Below are positions 34,274 to 42,963 of a stretch of DNA of 42,963 bases, in pieces. The first letter of the stretch is position 1; each line of letters starts with the position of its first letter. Position numbers and translations under genes: made by a program. The stretch covers positions 1-42,963 of the forward strand of contig JALDZS010000193.1 in assembly GCA_022813965.1 (NCBI GenBank). The letters are read 5' to 3'. The notes below the pieces were generated by a model. The model saw only the letters and a program-made list of their open reading frames with translations, had not been told where the DNA came from and did not search any database. The stretch is from Toensbergia leucococca (lineage: Eukaryota).

Positions 34274-35395
34274 ATGCCTCACATTGAGATTGATAATTCG
34301 TTCTTCATGGCCACTAGGCCGATGGACATCCGCGCCCCCGGATCTGTCGCTAACGTAGTGCCCGCTTCACCCTCCAATTCTTTCTCTTTCCATCCCGACG
34401 ATACTTTGAATGATGAAGATTCGGATTCTGACGATGCCATGTCCGACACGGTTCACTCATTGACAACTTCAATGGATATGGCTCTGGCTGAATCCTTGCC
34501 TGATCCAGCACCCCTGGTTGATTCTCTAAAGGCTCCTTCTACTTTCCGCCTTCACCCGGAATCTCAAATCACCCTTCCAAAACGTCTTGTCGGAGTGAGT
34601 ATGAAGATGTATTTTGATCTTTTCGAAACACAACAGTATATCCATGCCATTGGTCACATCAACGGCCTTCCACTCTATCGCACTTGCGGTGTTTTTGTCG
34701 TTCCGTCCCACCCAGTTCTCTACTCTGCTATTGAAACCATCAAGAGCCGGTCCAACCAGCACATCATGCTAGCGGCCCAGGATTGCCATACCGAAGACAA
34801 AGGTCCGTACACTGGCGACGTGTCAGCTACCATGTTGAAACAAGTCGGTTGTTCAATGGTGGTCCTGGGTCATGCCGAGAGGAGAGCACCACCTCACAAC
34901 GAAGATGATGATTTGATTGGGCAGAAAGCTGCAGCAGCAGTACGCAACGGCCTAATACCAATACTCTGTATTGGTGAGAAAGAAAAACGCTCAATAATGT
35001 CCGAAGGGGTTGGGCAAGCGTATGAATATTGCGTTAAACAGGTGCATGCAGTGCTGAACGTTATCCCTCGGACAGCAACAGTAGTCCTTGCCTACGAACC
35101 GGTATGGGCAATTGGAGCAGCAGAACCGGCCAGTGCAGATCACGTTCTTGGTGTGGTGAAGTGTTTACGCGACCATATAGAAAATATGTACCGGGTAGGA
35201 GAAGTTCGGATCCTTTACGGAGGGAGTGCAGGTGAAGGAACATGGCAAACGCTGAAGGGGGGATTGGATGGTCTTTTCCTGGGGAGATTTGCGCATAACT
35301 TCCGAATCTTTGAATCGATAGTGGAGGAGATTGAAAACGACTCGGATGCGCAGAACCTGCCGGATGGACCAGGAGGGTTTAGTAGGAACCCTTGA
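34274..35395 (+). CDS. Atypical triosephosphate isomerase-family protein (L-erythrulose-1-P isomerase-like)
   Basis: GVSMKMYF in place of GNWK; GHAERR, AYEPVWAIG, LYGGSAG, DGLFLGRFAH; acidic N-terminal extension. Start codon uncertain (34274 or 34307). Confidence 0.88.
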   Translation: MPHIEIDNSFFMATRPMDIRAPGSVANVVPASPSNSFSFHPDDTLNDEDSDSDDAMSDTVHSLTTSMDMALAESLPDPAPLVDSLKAPSTFRLHPESQITLPKRLVGVSMKMYFDLFETQQYIHAIGHINGLPLYRTCGVFVVPSHPVLYSAIETIKSRSNQHIMLAAQDCHTEDKGPYTGDVSATMLKQVGCSMVVLGHAERRAPPHNEDDDLIGQKAAAAVRNGLIPILCIGEKEKRSIMSEGVGQAYEYCVKQVHAVLNVIPRTATVVLAYEPVWAIGAAEPASADHVLGVVKCLRDHIENMYRVGEVRILYGGSAGEGTWQTLKGGLDGLFLGRFAHNFRIFESIVEEIENDSDAQNLPDGPGGFSRNP

Positions 35396-36108
35396 CAAGA
35401 TGCTCAGGATTTCTGGCTGTTGCAAAATGACTGATGGATCTATGCATGTTGCAATGCTGAGATTCGGCAAGACATGTGGGAGAAGTTCACGATAATGGCG
35501 GAGGAACACGAGGGCATTCTGAATCTTTGTATATGAAGAAAGGGCTTGGAGCATTGGACGGGCAATGTCAGGATATTTATTGAGTGTTTGCAACATGAAA
35601 CTGATATGGAGGAACAAAGGTATGATCTAGACACCTGATACATAGCATTGATAAGGGCCTTGAGTTCTTGATATTTAATAGGTAGAAAACCATCACTCAG
35701 GGACGAGTGCTGTTCTTGACTTTTACCCCCACACTCTCCAATGTCTCGCATGGCCATAACCCTGACCACCAACGTGGCCATTCCCTAGCCCAAGATAGTG
35801 CTACATGTGCTCTAGGTACTGCCTAGTATACTACCTAGCAGGTATACAGGAACCTGATGATTGTACATGATCTAAAATCTGACCCAGATGAGCGCGTGCA
35901 ACATTCATCATGGCCCTCCCAACAAATGCAACCCCACCGCCACCCCACCTCCCGCTAACTCCGACCCCGCCATTCATCAGCGTCATCAGCGAGACCCTTA
36001 AACCCTGAGTTTGGAACCATTCAACCACAATTCACTTCAATCTCTCATCTACATATCCAAAAAATCTCATCTGTATCTACGACTACCCATTCACAACCAG
36101 ACGCAAAC

Positions 36109-36690
36109 ATGGCAACCAAATCCTCCGCCTTCCAGAAAGCTATTGCCGACAGCAGCAAGCTAAAGGAGAAGCCTTCCCAGGATGAGTTGCTCGAGGTATG
36201 TACATTTAAGTCTTTTTTTGGATTTTCTATCTCTCTCAGCTCTTGCATCTACTTTCTCACCGTCAAATTCTCTCAGCCTGTTTTCTTACTCTTAGACGAG
36301 CATCTGCTGACACAAATCTGCGACGCAGCTTTACGCCCTCTTCAAGCAAGGAAGCCAAGACCCTCCCATCACCGACACTACCCGACCCGGCGGTTTTGAC
36401 ATGAAGGTAAGCTGACTTTTCCTTTCAATCTCCACCCATCCTACCCAATCCATCATTTTCCCTCTTTCCCAACCTCACAAAACCCAATCCCCCGTTCCCA
36501 TTTCCCCCACCACCACCACCATCACCATCTTCCTAAAACCCCACGCTAACACAAACCCATCAAACAGGGAAAATACAAATGGGACGCCTGGAAAAAAGTC
36601 GCCGACAAGGGCCTTTCCGCCGAAGCCGCGCAGGAGAAATACGTCGAGTTGGTCGAGGACTTGAAGAAATCGTTGGGCTTTTCCGGATAG
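36109..36690 (+). CDS. ACB1: Acyl-CoA-binding protein
   Basis: Exons 36109-36195, 36329-36406, 36568-36690 give PSQDELLELYALFKQG...PGGFDMKGKYKWDAW...AQEKYVELVEDLK. Confidence 0.95.
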
Positions 36691-37845
36691 ATACCAGTCA
36701 GCTCTTTCTAGTCGCAGGGGCTACAAAGAAAGGGTAAAATGTTGCATTGTGTATCGGGAAGCTAGGCAGAGTGGCAAGGGCAGCTTTAGTCGATCGGGGA
36801 GAGGGTAAAGTTTGCGAAAACGAGCTAGGTATCTCAGTTGATTTTCCCTGTTTTCAGAGTGGAGTCGTGAAAGCTTGCAGTCAAGCGTTTGAACAGATGA
36901 CCATATCTCGCCTCATCAGGAGAGACGAAAAAGCAAGCAGAAGCAAAAATCGGCCCTCGCTTCCCCTTCCACCCAACCCTCTCACCTCTTCAAGATCATC
37001 CCTTGCCCACTTTTACCCTCCCCGCCTCCCCTACCTTCCAACCATCCACTACAACGCGAAGGGCAAACAATGCGACCGCAAATCCAATCCCTTTCCGCAT
37101 TCCCACCACACAATCAACAATCAACATTCCCCCCCCCATTCCATCTTCCACCCCACCATCCAATCCACCCACCGCAAACCCCTCCCCCTCACATGTTCAA
37201 TCACACATTTCCGCATCCCCATCACATTCATCTCCTCATCTCCCATCCTCTCAACCCCCTTCCTTCTCAGACCCCCTATCTCTCACAAGCAATAGAGAAG
37301 AGACGCCAACAAGAAATGTAACATGACCCATTTCTCATCAGAGAGAGGAGATGAAAGGCGGGGGGGAGGGGCGGGTTGAGACTTTATGAGTTTGTGCGCG
37401 GTTGAGATTTGAGGTGAGGGAGGGAGGGGGTGTGAGGGAAGAAGGGGTGTTTGGAGAATGAGGATGAGAAGGGGTATAAGGAAGGGGTGAGTGATAAGTG
37501 ATAAGAGAGAAGACAAGTAATAGTACAAAACACGCTTCGATGGAGGTACCTAGTGAAATGCATGTTTTCTCCATCTGCCCTCTCCGACTCTTCTCAGCAT
37601 TCCTTGTCATCTCTCACAGATTATTGATTTATCTCTGCTTTCTTCCGAGCGTTGACTACAACTCCTCTCTCTACACAATCTAACCATCTCTATTTTGTTC
37701 ACTTTAAATCTTCATAAGAAAAGACAGATTGAGATTAAAAAATCTCCATTTCTTCCAAGATTTAATTCTACAACAGTCGCAATTCTCTTTCCTTCGTTCT
37801 CATCCTCATCCCTCAACCACAAAATCAAAAAACAAATCTCACCTC

Positions 37846-39828
37846 TCAACCACCCCCCCAACTCCTCCCCCAAGAATCCAACTCTTCACTCGGCAGCGTC
37901 GCGCACCATGGCATTTCATCCTCCGCGTACGGCACGGGCGGGAGGTCATATCCCATACGCCAGCCCACCGTGATCTGTGCCAGGGGCTGGACCTCATCGC
38001 TCGCCTCCTCCACGGCACTGCGCGCGTCATGCATTCCAGACACATCCGTTGCAGTAGGCAGATCTGCCCCAAAAACCGGCACCATCCTCGCGTCTTCTCC
38101 CCACAGAGCGGGCCAGACCAAGACGCCAATCTCGTAGCTGCAGACGCGCACGTGGCGCTGCGAATTCGGTGCCGCGCCCCACGCTTGCAGGGATAGGTTT
38201 GCGGAGGTGAGGAGGGCCCAGTCGAGGGTTTTGAGAGCGGGGGAGGAGAAATGGAGGTAGGTTTTTTGATGGGGCGGAAAGAGAGTGCGGTGGGCGGATC
38301 TGGGAAAGGTCTGTGAGGATGATGGTTGTGGTTGCTGAATTGGGAGGGGAGAGGTGGGGTGGCCCCAATGACAGAGCATGGGGCGGAAGTAGGCGAGTTG
38401 TTTTTGCTGGGCGAGGGATTGGGTGCGCATGTGGATAGAGCCGCCAGAGGAGTAGCCGTTACGGGAGTCTCTAATTTCGGAAGTGGTGGGGAAGATGAGG
38501 GAGAATTTCGGGGGGTACTTATTTGAGGTAGGGGTTGATGTTGTGGCGAGGGTGGGAAGGAAGGTGTTTTGGGGCCATTTCTCGCCGATGGAGGCCACGG
38601 AGGAGACTTGGATCATGATGTGTGGGGTGGAGGTTGAAGTGGAGGGGATGATACCAAGGGCTCGTTTAAGACTGGGCCAACCCCAGAGAGGCGATGTGGA
38701 TTGGTCGGGTGGGTGGAGAGTAAGTTTGGAGGGGACACTGGCGATGAGAGCTCCGCGGATGGAGTCAAAAGCATAGGATTTCAGGTGGGTGATGAGAGGA
38801 CCTGTTTTCGGGATACCATATGCAAGGAGATAAGCTAGGAGGTCGTATTTGAAGCGAACACCGGTACCAAGTGGAGGAAGTGGCGAAGGATTGGGAGGAT
38901 CAGTCACTTGTGTAGGAAGTAGAGGAAGGAGGGGAGATTGCCAAAGTGCCTGGGTCATTTTCCAGTCGCGGGGGAGGATATTGGCGGTTAAGATGATAAT
39001 TCTAGGAGTGTTAGATCTGAGCAAGGGTTGTATAAAGGGGTATGTACTGAGCTTGGTCGTCGTGTCGAAAGAGGATGATCATTTTAGAGTGGTGAGTGCC
39101 AAAGGCTTCTGGCATGTAAGCTGTGATGGCCTGAAGATTTGAGTAACGTGTTGCGGCCTCCTAGGTGGACTCAGTGCAGATTCTTCGACGATTATGAAGG
39201 GTCATACGTCAATGTGCATCTTGTTCGAGTCCTCCTTCTTCCAAGACCCATGAACCACTTTGACCTGAACCAGATCGCGGACATCCTGATCAAATTGATT
39301 CCTATTCTCTTGTCAGTGTCCGGGATTCTCGGCGTAGTGGCCACCTCACATGAGAAAGTCGATATCAAAGAGATAATTGAACAGCCAGCATTCTTTAATC
39401 AGAGGGTGGCCCAGAATGTCTCGTAGGCTTACAGTATCGATATTGGATGCTTCATGCAAGTCGTCAATACGCGTGAGTTGAATAGGCGAGGAGATGGTCA
39501 TTGTTGAATCGTTTTTACTGCTTGAAGATGAAGAATTGAGAGGTATAGTGCCCTCTTTTGCCACTGGCTTTGACCTTTCACGAGACACTCTTCTCCGAGC
39601 TGGAGGACTGATAGATCTTCTTGATGACTCCAGCAAGTCCCAGTCGTCGTTGGACAAGGTGAGAGAAAAGCTATCTGCTGCACTTAGTCGTATACCGCTT
39701 GACAAGACAGAAGAAGAGATTGGTGTGTTCCCATTGATAAGACGATCTCTCTCTTGTATAGCATCAGTCCGTCGCCTCTTAGGGTGTCCAGGCTCGGTGC
39801 TCGTGATGTGCGTGTTCGTTTTCTCCAT
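37846..39828 (-). CDS. TDP1: Tyrosyl-DNA phosphodiesterase 1
   Basis: FNYLFDIDFL, FGTHHSKM...TAN (first HKN), PHQKTY...TSANLSLQAWG (second HKN), SYEIGVL. Three introns near 39302-39348, 39160-39206 and 39002-39046. Confidence 0.95.
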
Positions 39829-40132
39829 TGAGCCTTTATTTCGGTCTTCACAGAGAGATTTATATGCATTTCCAGAGATGACTCGAGGACTACATTAGCA
39901 GCCGTTCTTTGAATACACGATACAGGCACTACTGTTAATTACGTATTCATGGTATCAATATGTGTGTAACATATCAGATGAATCCAAGACTGAGCCTGAA
40001 AGAAACGAATCGCTGCATAATGCCCTAATCAACCTTCCATAGTTGAGATTGAGTTGAGGATATTCATTTTTGAAAAATCAATCAAGGAACACTGAATCCA
40101 ATGATATGAAAATTGACATTCTCCTTCTTGTT

Positions 40133-41377
40133 TCAGTAGATCAATTTGAAGCAAAAAAAATAAGCATAGACGGCCGCAACGATAAAAGGGTAAAGCATAG
40201 GGTTGCAGTCGTATCCAAGCTTCCTAGTGATCCATGCTTCGATCGAAGTCCTAGGTGCTCCCTCGGTGAACAGAATATCCCTCATCATGCCATATGTCAA
40301 TTCCTGCGTCTTCTTTGCTCGCTTGAACATGTCTTCCTCATACTCTTGGATGTTCCTCGTCAAAGCATGCTTCCCACCCTCTTCGGATGCATCGATGATG
40401 GCCTTTGCCAATTTCATTCCATCTTCAAATGCCAGGTTGACTCCTTCGCCGGCAAAGGGGGTCATGAGATGAGCGGCATCGCCAATAAGCGTCACACCCG
40501 CTCTGTAGTCCCACCGAGTACCCACTGGAAGCATATAAAAAGATCTTGGTGCAACATCACCTTCGGCCTGTTGAACAAGTTCCAGCAACTCAGGCGCCCA
40601 GTCATCATATTCTTTGCATATAACTTCTTTGGTTGCCGAGGCATCCTGAGGGTCATATCCGCACTCCTTCATCCATCCTTCGCCCCTTAAGCTCCATGCC
40701 CCTATATTGATGCTACCGTCGCCAAGTTGCTGGCCCGTTAGGGATTTGCCATCCGAGTATACAAAGACAGAGCCCCGGTTTACCAATTTGTAAACAGCAG
40801 GAGCATTCTTCTCGGCGTCGGGGATGGAGAGATTATGGCCAGCCACACCAGAGTAGACGGGTTTCACCGAAGAGAGCAGATTACGAGTTTTGCTCCAAGC
40901 ACCCTCAGCCCCGATGATGAGATCGAAGCCCTTTTCGACGCCACGATCAAAATGAAGGACATGGTCATTGTCAATACTTTGCAAACGATAACCCCAGCGA
41001 ATCATGTCTTTGGGTAAAGAGTCCAGGAGTAACAAACGAAGCTAATAGCGATCGATTTCGGGAGCCGACAGTACTCCTTCCTTAGTTCCTGGCTTGGAAG
41101 CAGCCCTGGTCACATAGGCGGTGCGCTTCTTGTCACACAGAACTAGAGCTTCCCCATCATAGCGAGCGAGGTTCAAGAAGGCTTGATACAAGTCAGCGGC
41201 TTTCAACGCGGCTAAACCAGTCTTCGAGTGTAGATCCAGAGTACCGCCTTGGGATCACAAGTTGAGAGATGTGTCGGCTTCAAAAATGGTGACGGAAATG
41301 TTGCCAACATGTAGCAGACGTGCGAGCATGCAGCCAGCCGGGCCAGCATCGATGATGGCGATTTTGAAAGCCGACAT
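40133..41377 (-). pseudogene. TetX-like FAD-dependent monooxygenase with premature stops
   Basis: QGGTLDLH, PEIDR, GAEGAWS, IGDAAHLMTPFAGEGVN in one frame from ATG 41377; stops at 41255-41257 (TGA) and 41042-41044 (TAG); GxGxxG reads IIDAGPAG. Confidence 0.88.
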
Positions 41378-41911
41378 TGATACAGTGACCCTTTCCTGGT
41401 TTGCGCGTTTTGTTATAATGATAATTGTAGCATTACCAAGGAAGCGAGATGTATGAATCAATGTGGAGGTGCGGGGCGGATTAAATCATCTAATGATTAA
41501 ATCTGAGTAAACAGATCTATCACCTTCTATTCAACACTTCTGCTCGAGCATATTCAATACTGAATGAGGTTGATGTTATTGAGAGACGTTGTGGCACTCG
41601 TGGTGTCTTTCAATTTGGTTGTGCCACGTACCCACTACCCCTGAGAGGCCCCTGAAAGCGCCACCGGATTCTCAGTAAACAAACATCCATAACGGCATCC
41701 TCAATGGACAAAACTGATAGGTTGCCAATAGAGTGCTAGATATCTCACTTCTTGTTTTAGACATCACTTAATTCCCCAAGCCCACACCAATTCTTCTCCC
41801 AAAAGGTTCCCAGGCTCTGCCATATTCAATCTCTGATGAAATCGAGTGATGAGGTCTATCATCGTCGATGGCGATCGATAATGAATTAAAATTGAATTTT
41901 CAATATAATAT

Positions 41912-42638
41912 GGGTTTCATTATTCCGACACCCCATTTCGATAATCCCACACCCCTATTTCGATATTCCGACACCCCCCCTACCACTACCCAATCAGGCA
42001 ATAGAACCCACGGGCACACAGAGAAACATCATGATTTCGCACCACATTTCAAGTCAATTCCCCACCTCTTTTGTATGCTATCTACATCCTCAATTGCGTG
42101 TCATTCAGGAGCTGGATGACCTGGGGAATTTCATGATTTTGTATCATAATTTGACTTGATGTTTCACCCCCACCCGGGCGCAATGTCACCTAGAGAAACA
42201 TCGCGATCTTGAATCACAATTCAACGCAATTCTCTGCCTTCATTGCATGTCGTCTATCCTTTCAGTTACGTGCCATTTAGAAGTAGTAACACGGAGGGAA
42301 TCATCGTGACTTCACATCCATTTTCACTAGTTCTCCACCCGGGCGCAATGCTGACGCGTTCCGTCCTCACCTCATCATTCATCTTCCTACCTGTTCTCCT
42401 AAAAATGATGTACTACTTCTGGCAAGTATAGAGTTGAGCAATGCAATGAAGATGATAAATTGCATTGAATTGTGATGCAAAATCACGATGTTTCAATACC
42501 TATCTGACATTGCGCCCGGTGATGACTACGCCTAATTAGACCTAATCATTGCATGATTGTGTAGTGGTAGGGGGGGTGTCGGAATATCGAAATAGGGGTG
42601 TGGGATTATCGAAATGGGGTGTCGGAATAATGGAACCC
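41912..42638. mobile_element. Non-autonomous fold-back TIR element (MITE), 727 bp
   Basis: ~91-bp TIRs (41912-42002 and 42548-42638, 3 mismatches), GGG...CCC termini, 8-bp TSD TATAATAT (41904-41911 and 42639-42646). Confidence 0.92.
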
Positions 42639-42648
42639 TATAATATTA

Positions 42649-42963
42649 CAGTCACACCATTAATCGTGCCAAGGTATGGTCATTTCGTCATTTCATCCGA
42701 ATCCTCCCCACCAAAGGTTCCACCTTTAGTGCCCATCAGCTCAACGTCGCATTTTCGCGATAAATACACCATCTTTTCAATCATTCATCATACATCAACG
42801 CAATGTCTCATTCTTATCATCACGCGGAGGAAAGAATAGAGGAGGCCTTAGATGCGTATAAGAATGGTGATTACACGTCTCTGAGATCTGCAGCGATAGA
42901 TTTTGATCTAGAACCTCGTCGTCTTCAAAAGCGTGCAAAAGGACTCCCTTCTAAATCTACACG
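42649..42963 (+). mobile_element. Left end of a Fot1/pogo-like (Tc1-mariner) transposon
   Basis: TA|CAGTCACACC start followed by a transposase-like ORF; right end lies outside the window. Confidence 0.7.
42803..42963 (+). CDS. Fot1/pogo-type transposase N-terminus (Psq-like HTH), truncated by the window end
   Basis: MSHSYHHAEERIEEALDAYKNGDYTSLRSAAIDFDLEPRRLQKRAKG matches the ERIxxAl...SlRxAAxxFxv pattern; too short for the ORF track. Confidence 0.75.
   Translation, partial: MSHSYHHAEERIEEALDAYKNGDYTSLRSAAIDFDLEPRRLQKRAKGLPSKST

Noticed and set aside
36905..37345. Hammerhead-like CTGATGAG cores on the minus strand (~36920 and ~37340)
   Set aside because: No stem II followed by GAAA in the required geometry.
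1..42963. Starship giant transposon
   Set aside because: No DUF3435 captain or recognisable boundary in the window, and ACB1/TDP1 look like core genes; it cannot be excluded for the left part.

Overview
Eukaryotic DNA from a filamentous ascomycete, judged from short GT-AG introns with CTRAC-type branch sites and RIP-like C>T/G>A decay. The left 3.3 kb is AT-rich decayed repeat DNA: two 152-bp solo LTRs in opposite orientation, each with its own 5-bp TSD, and a 110/88-bp tandem array bracketed by a 12-bp inverted repeat and a hairpin. Genes follow: a Pth11-like membrane protein, a P450, an intronless alpha/beta hydrolase, a decayed tandem pair of uncharacterised His-Gly/Cys (caspase/legumain-fold-like) proteins and a large secreted mucin-like protein. 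Next come a 2.0-kb piggyBac-type element with perfect 20-bp TIRs but no TTAA flanks, a three-gene MAL cluster (Zn2Cys6 activator, permease, GH13 alpha-glucosidase), a CE1 esterase, an RpiB plus atypical TIM pair (probable tetrose-phosphate/erythritol catabolism), ACB1, TDP1 and a TetX-like monooxygenase pseudogene. The window ends with a 727-bp fold-back MITE (8-bp TSD) abutting the start of a Fot1/pogo transposon. Exon boundaries and family calls were made by eye; no database searches were run.
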